Source: an uncultured bacterium (GTDB taxonomy: Bacteria > Poribacteria > WGA-4E > WGA-3G). Taken from it: DNA of 64,000 nucleotides. The stretch covers positions 30,253-94,252 of the forward strand of contig CAZGAW010000002.1 in NCBI GenBank assembly GCA_964523645.1, written 5' to 3'. Under the pieces are notes generated by a model. The model saw only the letters and a program-made list of their open reading frames with translations, did no database searches and was not told the origin of the DNA. The position numbers and the translations under genes are program-made. Shown here piece after piece: positions 26,039 to 34,527 of this stretch. Numbering within the stretch: position 1 is the stretch's first letter; every line of letters begins with the position of its first letter.

Positions 26039-28464
26039 TATACTTCACCTACAGTCAGCGCACCTTCGCGGTTTGATAGAAAACTTTCGAGAAGCATAAG
26101 ACAGACGACTAAAACGAGCAATTCACCCCAAATTTCCCTGCCGTGTCGCTTGACGTTGTAGGTATCGACTGCTGCCGCGTTTCCCTCGATTTCCGGATCT
26201 GCTGCTGTCTGTGCCCCGATGCGTGCCGCTGCCTGTGCCAGCGAAATTTCTGTTAAGTCGGCTTCCGTAGTGTCAACATTAACCGCAAAAAAGTCTCGTT
26301 GCGTTCTATCTTGCGTCTGTACCTCGATCTGATAGATACCGGGACGTTCTGTGCCTTGAAATCGCAGTGTGCCATCTTCAGCGATTGGTACGACTGTGGA
26401 ATGGCTCTTGGCTTTCGGTTCGCGGTTCTCGGTTCTTGGAACTTGTGGCGGTTGCGCGCTACCTTCTGCCGGCTGTTGACTGTTGACTGGCATTAGATGA
26501 ATAGCGGCCTTCCCGCCAGCACTGCGAGGATAATGCGCCGTATAGGTATCACCGATATGTCCACCCCATGTTAAGAAATTCTTGCTGGATACCGTCGCGT
26601 AAAGCACGCTCTGTTGGAGCATCGGAAGGAAATACGGATTAACAAGCAGATCGTTTGTATAATGGCTGTCAGAAAGCATCGGTTGTCGATTGTCAGTTAA
26701 TCGGTTTTCTGGTGTAGGGGCAATCCCTTGTGGTTGCCCGTTTGGGGCAGGCACAAGACCTGCCCCTACAAACCGACCGCTGACCCCTGATTGCTGACGG
26801 CTGACCGCCATTAAGCCACAGTTATAAAGCAGGACGGTACCTGTGCCTTGACTTCGTTCAACGAGAAAAGGTGTGTCGTCCCCGAAACGGGCAATTACAT
26901 TAGATTCTGACACAGGCTGTAATGCCATACCGTTATAAAACTGCGGGGCGTACTGCATAGAAAACCCTTCACTTGGAAAGATATCAAAGATAGGATGTAT
27001 TTCCTGGTACGCTTGCACTCGTTGTGGAGGTGTCCATGTCAGTGTGCTACCAAGTTGTGCAGGCAACCAAACATTACTGAACCCATTGTAGCTTGTTGCC
27101 TCGGTACGGCTGCTCACGAAAACAATGATACTTTTACCTTGTCGGATGAATTCTTGCAGTTGCGCATTAATCTGGCGCGACATTGTCAACACATCCGCGA
27201 GGATAATGACATCATAGTCCTCCAACGGGAAGGTTTCAAAATCAACAGGTGTGCATTGCGTCGGCAGAATCATTACATTGGCTGTCGGCAATCGGCTATC
27301 AGCAATCAGTTGATCGCTGTAGCGGTTGCTATCCTTTTCACCGGTTTCCACAAGACTCTCTTGCTGACGGCTGACGGCTGACGGGTGACCGCTATGTCTA
27401 TGTGGATTTAACGCTAATGTGAGATATTCCGTTTGTTCGCCTACACAGAGTACGCGGACTTCCCCGAGGGCATCCAAAGCAAAATAACGCTGGTTGTCGA
27501 TATTAAGGCGGTCATCCGTTAGTGTGAAGTGACCGATATGCGTACCGGGCGTAGAAAAGTTGTATGTTAAAGCGGTGTTCAGCGATTGGTTCGCTGCCGC
27601 GGAAAAACTCATGGTTTTTTGTTTCTCGCCTCCAATAAACAGTGTAAGTATATTTTGATCCAAAGGTGCTACTGAATGATTCACAGTCGTCACGTTCAAT
27701 TGGAATGGTAAATCTACGCCTATTAGTTGATTTGAAGGACGAATTTCTTTAATACTTATATTATGTGCGTCACCTTCGGCAACCGGAATCAGAGAGATAC
27801 GGGCACCAGAGCGGTTTGGGAGTCTACCCCAATTCTTCCATCCGTTTCGGGCGAAGTCTGAAATCAAATATATTTCCTTGTGTAGGGGCGCGGTTACCTC
27901 GCCCTTACGTTCAGTGAGAATTTCGTGGGCGAGTTCTAGGCTGGATTGGACATTCGTCGTACGGTAAGAAGTTTCTGTGTCGTTGATTGCTGTGATAACG
28001 CTCTCAAGGTCCGGTGTGAGTTGCCGAAAGATAGGTTTCGGGATGTCTGACATTAATATAAGCGCAGCACTATCGCCGTGCCGCAAGGTATCAATGATGT
28101 CGGTTGCCAAAGTTTTCGCTTTCTCGAATCTGATACCATTAATGTCTTGATACGCCATGCTATAAGAATTATCTAAGACAATAACCACATCTGTCTTCGC
28201 TCGCACGGAGGCAACAGGCAGTCCGAGCGTCAAAAACGGACGTGCCAAGGCGAGTGCAATGAGTGCAATAATCGCCATCCGTAAGAGCAAAATGAGAAGT
28301 TGACGGAGTTGGAAGCGACGGGCATTCTCTCGGTGTGCTGCCGTGAGAAATATCAGGCTGCTAAAGTCGATTGTCACAACACGACGACGGTTCCAGAGGT
28401 GGATGACCAGGGGGATACCAGCGGCAAGAAGTCCAAAGAGAAAAAGCGGGTTGAGAAATGCCAT
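26038..28464 (-). CDS. BatA-N (aerotolerance N-terminal double-TM) + VWA-domain protein, 808 aa
   Basis: MAFLNPLFLFGLLAAGIPLVIHLWNRRR is the classic BatA_N/TIGR02226-type start; VVIVLDNSYSM looks like a VWA MIDAS start; C-terminal TM. Confidence 0.7.
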   Translation of the reverse strand: MAFLNPLFLFGLLAAGIPLVIHLWNRRRVVTIDFSSLIFLTAAHRENARRFQLRQLLILLLRMAIIALIALALARPFLTLGLPVASVRAKTDVVIVLDNSYSMAYQDINGIRFEKAKTLATDIIDTLRHGDSAALILMSDIPKPIFRQLTPDLESVITAINDTETSYRTTNVQSSLELAHEILTERKGEVTAPLHKEIYLISDFARNGWKNWGRLPNRSGARISLIPVAEGDAHNISIKEIRPSNQLIGVDLPFQLNVTTVNHSVAPLDQNILTLFIGGEKQKTMSFSAAANQSLNTALTYNFSTPGTHIGHFTLTDDRLNIDNQRYFALDALGEVRVLCVGEQTEYLTLALNPHRHSGHPSAVSRQQESLVETGEKDSNRYSDQLIADSRLPTANVMILPTQCTPVDFETFPLEDYDVIILADVLTMSRQINAQLQEFIRQGKSIIVFVSSRTEATSYNGFSNVWLPAQLGSTLTWTPPQRVQAYQEIHPIFDIFPSEGFSMQYAPQFYNGMALQPVSESNVIARFGDDTPFLVERSQGTGTVLLYNCGLMAVSRQQSGVSGRFVGAGLVPAPNGQPQGIAPTPENRLTDNRQPMLSDSHYTNDLLVNPYFLPMLQQSVLYATVSSKNFLTWGGHIGDTYTAHYPRSAGGKAAIHLMPVNSQQPAEGSAQPPQVPRTENREPKAKSHSTVVPIAEDGTLRFQGTERPGIYQIEVQTQDRTQRDFFAVNVDTTEADLTEISLAQAAARIGAQTAADPEIEGNAAAVDTYNVKRHGREIWGELLVLVVCLMLLESFLSNREGALTVGEV
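26664..26810. repeat. heptad-armed palindromic element inside CDS, in frame (147 bp)
   Basis: GGCTGTCAGAAAGCATCGGTTGTCGATTGTCAGTTAATCGG - hairpin GGGGCAGG..CCTGCCCC - CCGCTGACCCCTGATTGCTGACGGCTGACCGCC; encodes AVSRQQSGVSGRFVGAGLVPAPNGQPQGIAPTPENRLTDNRQPMLSDS. Confidence 0.7.
27281..27394. repeat. heptad-armed palindromic element inside CDS, in frame (114 bp)
   Basis: GGCTGTCGGCAATCGGCTATCAGCAATCAGTTGATCGC ... CCACAAGACTCTCTTGCTGACGGCTGACGGCTGACGGGTGACCGCTA; encodes HPSAVSRQQESLVETGEKDSNRYSDQLIADSRLPTA. Confidence 0.7.
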
Positions 28465-28467
28465 TTT

Positions 28468-28628
28468 AGTTATCAGGTGTCAGTCGTCAGTCATCAGTTT
28501 TTAGAGTCGTCAGTTAAGAGGGTTTTTTAACAATCTTATCTTCGTTGGGCATCAGTCTCTATTTAGAACGATGAGTGTTACCAAACCTCTCTTGTGACTG
28601 ATAACTGATAACCGATAACTGACAACTA
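28468..28628. repeat. heptad-armed palindromic element (complete, intergenic)
   Basis: AGTTATCAGGTGTCAGTCGTCAGTCATCAG...GTCGTCAGTTAAGAGGGTTTTTT - 60 nt - AAACCTCTCTTGTGACTGATAACTGATAACCGATAACTGACAACTA. The terminal CTA is the TAG stop of the upstream (minus) gene; the other end is 3 nt from start 28464. Confidence 0.85.
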
Positions 28629-30146
28629 ATAGATCGTAATTTCAAGTTGATTGAGGGTATGTAAAACACCTTCTGCGAATTCCATAAGATTGTCCGACTC
28701 CAGAATGCTACCGCCGAGTTGAATGTGGTTCGCATCAGCAATGAGCTGATCCAACGTTGGATCCATCTGTACCCATTTACCGACATAGACTTCGGGCCAG
28801 AAATGGTAATAGAAGGCATCCTTTGCAAATACAACACCCGAGCAAATCCGTGCTGGGATTCCGGCAGCACGTGCCAGCGCGATAAATAGTACTGTATGTT
28901 CCGTGCAATCGCCAGAGAGTGACTGTAGTACTGTTAATGACGAAGCAAAACCTCCACTCATTTTTTTATCGTTAATCGATGTGTAAACCCAACGACATAA
29001 TTTTTCCGCGGCACGCCACGAATTAACTTCGTCCTCCAAAATTTCCGCAGCCTTTGCCTGAATATCGGGATGATTGGCTTGAATATATGCACTTGCAGCA
29101 AGGAATTCACCTTCTGGACTCTGGATGGGTAGAGCGAGGCAATCTTCCGCTACAATGAGTGGAACCTGAATGGAAAGTTTACCAGCGTGTGCAGTGTTTA
29201 CCTCGAGTTTCTGCCGACGGGTAGACATAACAACTTCGGCGATGTTCCCTGTTGGGAGTTTCACTTCTGCCTCAAGGTGTTTTGCTGTTGGAATCGGATG
29301 TTTACCTGAAGGCAGGATACGAGTTTTTAAGACAACATCAACTTCTTCGATACCACCAAGCGCAGTCTCCTTATCCGTCTTCGTAGTTACCATGGAAAGC
29401 CCCATTAAAGGCACTTCTGTCCGATAGTTTACACCCTCTCGGTCAATCCACAGTTTCGCCGTAATGCCATTCATTATGTCAATTGTCTGTCTTAAAACAT
29501 AAACCTGCTTTTCCTCCGACTGATACCTTAAGGTTTCCTCTCCTAAAATCTCGATTTCCGTTTGCGCAGGTTTCAGCAGGTCAAAAATGAACATGTGAAA
29601 GGTACGTTTATCGCCTACTTTAAGTGCCTTCTGGGTTAGCAATGATGCTACACCTGTGTATTCAGAAATGGTATCTGGTGGTACCGAGATTTCTGATTCG
29701 GTGATTTCACCGTTGAGTGCTGTTTTAACGTGGGCAATTCCATCTACAATCTGTCCCTCAATCTGTTTTAATCCAGATTCATTAGAGGTCGAAAGAAAGT
29801 AGCGAGGCGTTAAGTCGGAACCTATATATTCAACGCGAGTAATTTCAACGGTTATGTCGGTCCCAAGTGCCTTAAAATTCATCACGATATCGGTTTTGTT
29901 CCGAGCGACCTGTTCCCCTTGATACTCGGTTTCTTCAGTAGATGTGTGCATGTAACCGATCTTGGTGTTCATCAAGGTGAGATTATACCAGTGTTCTTGC
30001 GGATGATTTAGCATGTTTTGGAATGTGCTTTGTTCTTCGTCTGCAGCGTCCGCTGACGTAGCGGCTTGCAGGCAGAGCATCGCTGCTATGCAGGCAAACG
30101 CAAAGCGGCGCAGATGATAAAACTTCAAAAATTTTGATAATATCAT
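28626..30146 (-). CDS. transglutaminase-like (Cys-His-Asp) domain protein, secreted
   Basis: GDCTEHTVLFIALARAAGIPAR, YYHFWPEVY and MDPT give the C/H/D triad context of the transglutaminase-core superfamily; signal peptide present. Confidence 0.7.
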   Translation of the reverse strand: MILSKFLKFYHLRRFAFACIAAMLCLQAATSADAADEEQSTFQNMLNHPQEHWYNLTLMNTKIGYMHTSTEETEYQGEQVARNKTDIVMNFKALGTDITVEITRVEYIGSDLTPRYFLSTSNESGLKQIEGQIVDGIAHVKTALNGEITESEISVPPDTISEYTGVASLLTQKALKVGDKRTFHMFIFDLLKPAQTEIEILGEETLRYQSEEKQVYVLRQTIDIMNGITAKLWIDREGVNYRTEVPLMGLSMVTTKTDKETALGGIEEVDVVLKTRILPSGKHPIPTAKHLEAEVKLPTGNIAEVVMSTRRQKLEVNTAHAGKLSIQVPLIVAEDCLALPIQSPEGEFLAASAYIQANHPDIQAKAAEILEDEVNSWRAAEKLCRWVYTSINDKKMSGGFASSLTVLQSLSGDCTEHTVLFIALARAAGIPARICSGVVFAKDAFYYHFWPEVYVGKWVQMDPTLDQLIADANHIQLGGSILESDNLMEFAEGVLHTLNQLEITIY

Positions 30147-30234
30147 GATAGATCGTGGTTCCTCATGAACACAGACCGAACAACACAGCTACCATCTGCC
30201 ATGGGGTTTCTAAGTAGTGTCCTATATAGTATTA

Positions 30235-30263
30235 ATTATACTTGATGGGGGTGCCTATGTCAA
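30235..30263 (-). promoter_or_regulatory. consensus sigma70 promoter (TTGACA-17 nt-TATAAT) for the 30146-24047 operon
   Basis: The reverse complement reads cTTGACAtaggcacccccatcaagTATAATtaat, about 80 nt upstream of ATG 30146. Confidence 0.7.
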
Positions 30264-30415
30264 GTCTACTGCGAAAGCAGCAGATATGCAGCTCTCTTAT
30301 AAGAGAAATCTCTGGATTTAGATATACTTCCTTTGCGCCTGATCTCTTGATCGCGACTTAAAAAAATGGTAGAAAACTGGAAGGCTTTGGAAAGCGGGAT
30401 AGCCTTTCGATTGTC

Positions 30416-30991
30416 TTATACGCGGGTTGCCATGGCAACCGTATGGGTATGGCGCTGTTTGACCTTCTGATAATTCTCAAATATCGTCAGAAAGTTACGC
30501 TTGATGAACTGCCGAAGTCCGGAAATGGTAACGACATAGAGGCATCCATTCGGTTTGAGATACCGTTTAGCATCTGACAGAAAGATTTGTAAGAGTTCTT
30601 TGCCGACGTTGGCAGGTAGGTTAGAGGCGATTAAATCGAATTGGATATCGGGCAGATGGCTAAAACCGTTGCTTAGGAGAACATGACAATTCTGGAGCTG
30701 ATTCTGTTTAACGTTTTTACGGGCGTAGTCAACAGCTACGAAATCCTTGTCCACCATATAGACGGTTGCTGTTTGTGTACATTTGGCGAGTGTGGTACCG
30801 ATAGCACCATATCCACATCCGAGATCAAGGCAGACATCGTTCTCTCGGATATCCAGATGTTCAATCAACAAGCGTGTTCCTGCGTCAATCGCTTTTGGCG
30901 AGAAAAGCCCCCATGTTGCAGAAAAGGCAAGGGACATACCGCGCAATTCCGCCCGGAAGTCAACTTCTCGTGGAAAGGAATCTACTGCCAT
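30416..30991 (-). CDS. class I SAM-dependent methyltransferase (MTS/RsmC-like small domain)
   Basis: VCLDLGCGYGAIG (motif I) and LIASNLPANVG (NPPxx-like motif IV). Confidence 0.7.
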   Translation of the reverse strand: MAVDSFPREVDFRAELRGMSLAFSATWGLFSPKAIDAGTRLLIEHLDIRENDVCLDLGCGYGAIGTTLAKCTQTATVYMVDKDFVAVDYARKNVKQNQLQNCHVLLSNGFSHLPDIQFDLIASNLPANVGKELLQIFLSDAKRYLKPNGCLYVVTISGLRQFIKRNFLTIFENYQKVKQRHTHTVAMATRV

Positions 30992-31944
30992 TTTATTAGG
31001 ACTCCAAGGGCATCCCCCGGAGAATTCCAGAGAAGATCGAACGCATCTTTTGCTTCTGTATAGTGGAAGCGATGGGTAATCATCTCAGACGCGCGAATCT
31101 CGCCATTTTGTATCTTTTGCAAAGCGCGTGTCGCAATTTGTGAACGCGGTTCGTCTGTTAAAATACCAGCGACGAGACGTTTACTCATCATTTTTGAGGA
31201 ATGTAAAGGTAAAGGTGCTTGCTGGTAGAGAGCGATAAGTTGAATAATACCAAACCGACAGGTCATATCTTGTGCCTGCTCGAACGATTTGATCCCAGCA
31301 TATCCACCGACGCAATCAATCACCAGATCTGCGCCCTTGCCACCGGTGAGACCCAAAACTGCTTCCACCGGGTCTACGTCCTCAGCATTTATGACTGCAT
31401 CGGCACCAAGTTGTGCCGACAATTCACACCGAAGCGGCAATGCATCCACAGTTATAATTCGTTCCGGATTGTAGCCTCGCAGTACCTGCATCATCAGACT
31501 TCCGACCAAACCTTGTCCCAAAATGACAACGGTATCTCCTGCTTTCACACCGGATGAGTCTGACCAAGCGACGGCACTGGTTGCAAGCGGCAGAAAAGTT
31601 CCCTCTTCAAAACTGACCCCCTCAAGGAGCGGTACGATACGTCCCTCAGTTGCATTCGGTTCAGCAACGGTATATTCCTCATGCGGGGCAACAACCATGA
31701 CACGCTCACCAACCTGATAATCTCTTATCTCTGCCCCAACTGCATCCACGGTCCCTGTAAGGGAGTACCCCATGATTGACGGCGAGACCGCCTCTTCTCG
31801 AATGTAGCGTCGAAAGAGTTCGGAACCTCGGCTAATTAACGTTGTATCCGTCTGTACCCGAACCTGTTGGGCGTTGACCTCTGGTATCGGCACCTCTTCC
31901 AGTTGGATGTTCCCGAAACCTTCCGGTTTGGTTACTCGTAACAT
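30982..31944 (-). CDS. MDR-superfamily zinc-type alcohol dehydrogenase-like oxidoreductase
   Basis: GAEIRDYQVGERVMV and the Rossmann motif ILGQGLVGSL. Confidence 0.7.
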   Translation of the reverse strand: MLRVTKPEGFGNIQLEEVPIPEVNAQQVRVQTDTTLISRGSELFRRYIREEAVSPSIMGYSLTGTVDAVGAEIRDYQVGERVMVVAPHEEYTVAEPNATEGRIVPLLEGVSFEEGTFLPLATSAVAWSDSSGVKAGDTVVILGQGLVGSLMMQVLRGYNPERIITVDALPLRCELSAQLGADAVINAEDVDPVEAVLGLTGGKGADLVIDCVGGYAGIKSFEQAQDMTCRFGIIQLIALYQQAPLPLHSSKMMSKRLVAGILTDEPRSQIATRALQKIQNGEIRASEMITHRFHYTEAKDAFDLLWNSPGDALGVLIKWQ

Positions 31945-31993
31945 GTTTTTCCTCCCCTTGATTAACAGTGAGGTCGGATTTTTTCAAAAAATT

Positions 31994-32075
31994 CTGTCAG
32001 TTATCAGGCACAAGAGATATAAGGAGCATCAAAACCTCTTGTAACTGACGACTCATAACCGACAACTGGCGACTA
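31994..32075. repeat. heptad-armed palindromic element (intergenic)
   Basis: CTGTCAGTTATCAGGCACAAGAGAT-loop-AAAACCTCTTGTAACTGACGACTCATAACCGACAACTGGCGACTA. Confidence 0.8.
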
Positions 32076-32086
32076 TTTTGTTGTGT

Positions 32087-33484
32087 CTACTGCTGCAAAC
32101 GTCTGGCTAAATCCTCTCGAGTGACAGGTTTGTCAAAAGACATAAGGTAGATGTGGAAAGTATCGCTCCTGTCGGAAACGAACGCGATGTGTCGTCCATC
32201 AGGTGAAAAAGCAGGTTGAATAGATCTGCCGATGTCGCTGGTTATACGCCGTTCATTTTTACCGTCTGCATCAATGAGATAAATCTCCCAATCACCGTCT
32301 CTTGCTGAAACGTACGCAATCGTTTGTCCGTCAGGCGACACCGTAGGGTTGTAACAATCGTAGCGATTTGGATTGAAATGTTTCTCGTTTTGTGCGTCAA
32401 TGTCTATCGTATAGAGTTGGTTGACCTCATTTCGAGAGGAGACAAATACAATGCGCTTTCCGTCTGGGAAGAATGCGGGACTTCCGTCATCAGTTTCGTT
32501 AAAGGTGATACGTTTCGGTTCAACGTCTTCTGGCGTGAGCTGCGCCAGATCAAGTCCTGCCAAGTTGAGGAGATATAATTCCAGGTTTCCATCTACATTA
32601 GATTCGTAAACAACCTGATTGCCAGCGGGGGATGCACGCGGTACGCGGGCACCAAAACTGACTGGCAAAACGGCTCGCGTCGTTTTGCTGTGGATATGTG
32701 TCACGTTGAATCCTGCGTAAATTGGGGTGGAGCCACTGCTCTGGATGACGACTTTAACTTCACGGGATGACTTCGGTTCACTGCTGTAAAACAGGTAGTT
32801 TGGGGTCGTAAGGAATGCTGGCGAACTGTCGTTAAAATCTGTTGTGAAAGTGACACGACGCTGGATACGCCCGTTAAGATCCATTAAATAGATTTCGCCG
32901 TTGTCGAGTCGAAACGAGGCAAAGGCAATTTGCGTGCCATCTGGTGAGAAAGTCGGTGAATAGTTATCCGAGTCGCCACGGGTCAGCTGCTTTGTGTGGT
33001 AACTGTCTCCCACGAGTTCGATAATTTTGCGCAAGACTTCAGGATCCAGCGTGCTGCGCTGAACGAGTCGGAGTACGCGAAACGCGGAATTTCTGTCTCC
33101 GAATCTCAGATAAGTACGCGCCAATTCGAGTCGTGCTGCGACCCGTTCTTCCGGTTGTGCGGCATAAAGTTGTGAAGCCTTTTGCAACTCCATAACTGCA
33201 TCGTTGTAACGCCCTACATCATTATAGGCTTGGCCGAGTAACATCCGGGCCTTCGGCTCTTCAGGTGCCATTTCAATGAAAGCCTCGAGTTCTTCAACTG
33301 CGGCTTGTGGCGTTCCAGCGTTCAACAGTTCTTCACTCTTTTTCAGAACTGCCATATTATCTTCACATCCAATTATTAGGACAACGAGAAGGATGCTACA
33401 TATTTTAATGATTCCTTGCGGTTTGGTCAGGTAGGTTGATATTTTCACGTTCTTTCCCGTAGAGTCACCTGCGTGTTTTTGCAA
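32087..33484 (-). CDS. TPR + TolB-like PD40 beta-propeller lipoprotein
   Basis: FSPDGTQIAFAS, VSPDGQTIAYVS and FSPDGRHIAFVS PD40 repeats; lipobox LIIGC. The likely true start is GTG 33448 (MKISTYLTKPQGIIKICSILLVVLIIGC). Confidence 0.75.
   Translation of the reverse strand: MQKHAGDSTGKNVKISTYLTKPQGIIKICSILLVVLIIGCEDNMAVLKKSEELLNAGTPQAAVEELEAFIEMAPEEPKARMLLGQAYNDVGRYNDAVMELQKASQLYAAQPEERVAARLELARTYLRFGDRNSAFRVLRLVQRSTLDPEVLRKIIELVGDSYHTKQLTRGDSDNYSPTFSPDGTQIAFASFRLDNGEIYLMDLNGRIQRRVTFTTDFNDSSPAFLTTPNYLFYSSEPKSSREVKVVIQSSGSTPIYAGFNVTHIHSKTTRAVLPVSFGARVPRASPAGNQVVYESNVDGNLELYLLNLAGLDLAQLTPEDVEPKRITFNETDDGSPAFFPDGKRIVFVSSRNEVNQLYTIDIDAQNEKHFNPNRYDCYNPTVSPDGQTIAYVSARDGDWEIYLIDADGKNERRITSDIGRSIQPAFSPDGRHIAFVSDRSDTFHIYLMSFDKPVTREDLARRLQQ
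33402..33435 (-). promoter_or_regulatory. leader motif copy (CCTACCTGACCAAACCGCAAGGAATCATTAAAAT) lying inside the predicted signal-peptide coding region
   Basis: Same CCGCAAGG-N-TTAAAA design; the ATG at the expected position is out of frame and followed by TAG. Confidence 0.5.
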
Positions 33485-33647
33485 ACGCTGAAATCCAACG
33501 CGAAGAAAGTATTTCTGCGTATTGTTGCAGGCTCCGTTTTGGTATCACTCAAAGTACACTCCTGTCATCAAGAGTCGAGAATCGGAGTGTTTTTGATAGG
33601 GGTATTTGCTTGGGTGTTTCCTCGTATTTCTTCCCTCTTACAGAAAA

Positions 33648-34109
33648 TTAATTATAAGTGCTTCGGTTTCTGCGTCTGCCTCTCAATCCATCGCCAACTG
33701 CGTAAAACCAACATAGAATGCCTTGTACGGACGCACTAATTTTCAGTTTCCAAGAAGGTCGGTACATCAATTTTTCGCCGTCATCAAACGTCCAGATGTG
33801 AATTGAATAAGGCTCCTGGGCTTCTGAGTTCTCGGTCTTGTCTGTTGAAGTGTTTCCTTCCGCTGTAGGTTTAAACCGCGTTAAATCACGCCATTCTGTT
33901 ACAGGCAATGAATTGAGGTAAAAAAGCCCAACGGCAGAAGCAAAAACAACGAAAACAACGATTGCTTTTGGAAATTGTCCTAAGTAGAGTTGACCCAGTC
34001 CTGGAAGAATTGCGGACAGTACCATCGCAACGAAAGAACGGTTGGCAGACTTACCTTCTGCGCCTCCAGCATTACTGGAGGCGGTGGGCGTGTTTGTGGG
34101 CTCTACCAT
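33648..34109 (-). CDS. hypothetical small membrane protein
   Basis: 153-aa ORF; LSAILPGLGQLYLGQFPKAIVVFVVFA hydrophobic hairpin. Confidence 0.4.
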   Translation of the reverse strand: MVEPTNTPTASSNAGGAEGKSANRSFVAMVLSAILPGLGQLYLGQFPKAIVVFVVFASAVGLFYLNSLPVTEWRDLTRFKPTAEGNTSTDKTENSEAQEPYSIHIWTFDDGEKLMYRPSWKLKISASVQGILCWFYAVGDGLRGRRRNRSTYN

Positions 34110-34112
34110 TGA

Positions 34113-34481
34113 TTAAGATTCTCCTTGTGCGACAAGATAGACACCGATACAGATGATCAGGGCACCTATTATGCGAATCTTGGGGATAGATTCCTTGAAG
34201 AACATCCACGAAAATAGAATTGACAGGACATATCCGGAACTTAACATCGGATACGCAATACTCAGTTTGACACGCGATAAGATAATCAGCCAAACAAGCG
34301 TTGTAAAACCGTATATCGCGATCCCACTGAGAATATAAGGGTTCAGAAATGCCTGTGTCAATTTATCCAACGCGTCCCGTAAGCTATTGATACGACCAAT
34401 CGTATTCATACCGTGCTTAAACAGGATCTGTCCTATCACCGTCAGTAAAACGTTGAAGAATAGGAGTAAAAAATCTTTCAT
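34113..34481 (-). CDS. EamA/SMR-like 4-TM small transporter (ArnE-like)
   Basis: 122 aa, four hydrophobic helices, FKHG...ILSRVKLSIAYP pattern of EamA half-domains. Confidence 0.55.
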   Translation of the reverse strand: MKDFLLLFFNVLLTVIGQILFKHGMNTIGRINSLRDALDKLTQAFLNPYILSGIAIYGFTTLVWLIILSRVKLSIAYPMLSSGYVLSILFSWMFFKESIPKIRIIGALIICIGVYLVAQGES

Positions 34482-34527
34482 GCCTTTATTATATCACATC
34501 TTGATTCTTTTTACAATTTTTAGATGA

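Noticed and set aside
27885-27908. Possible third repeat insertion in the 808-aa gene (GGGCGCGGTTACCTCGCCC resembles the GGCGAGGT hairpin family)
   Set aside because: The match is short, with no flanking arms or TIRs. It cannot be distinguished from chance by eye.
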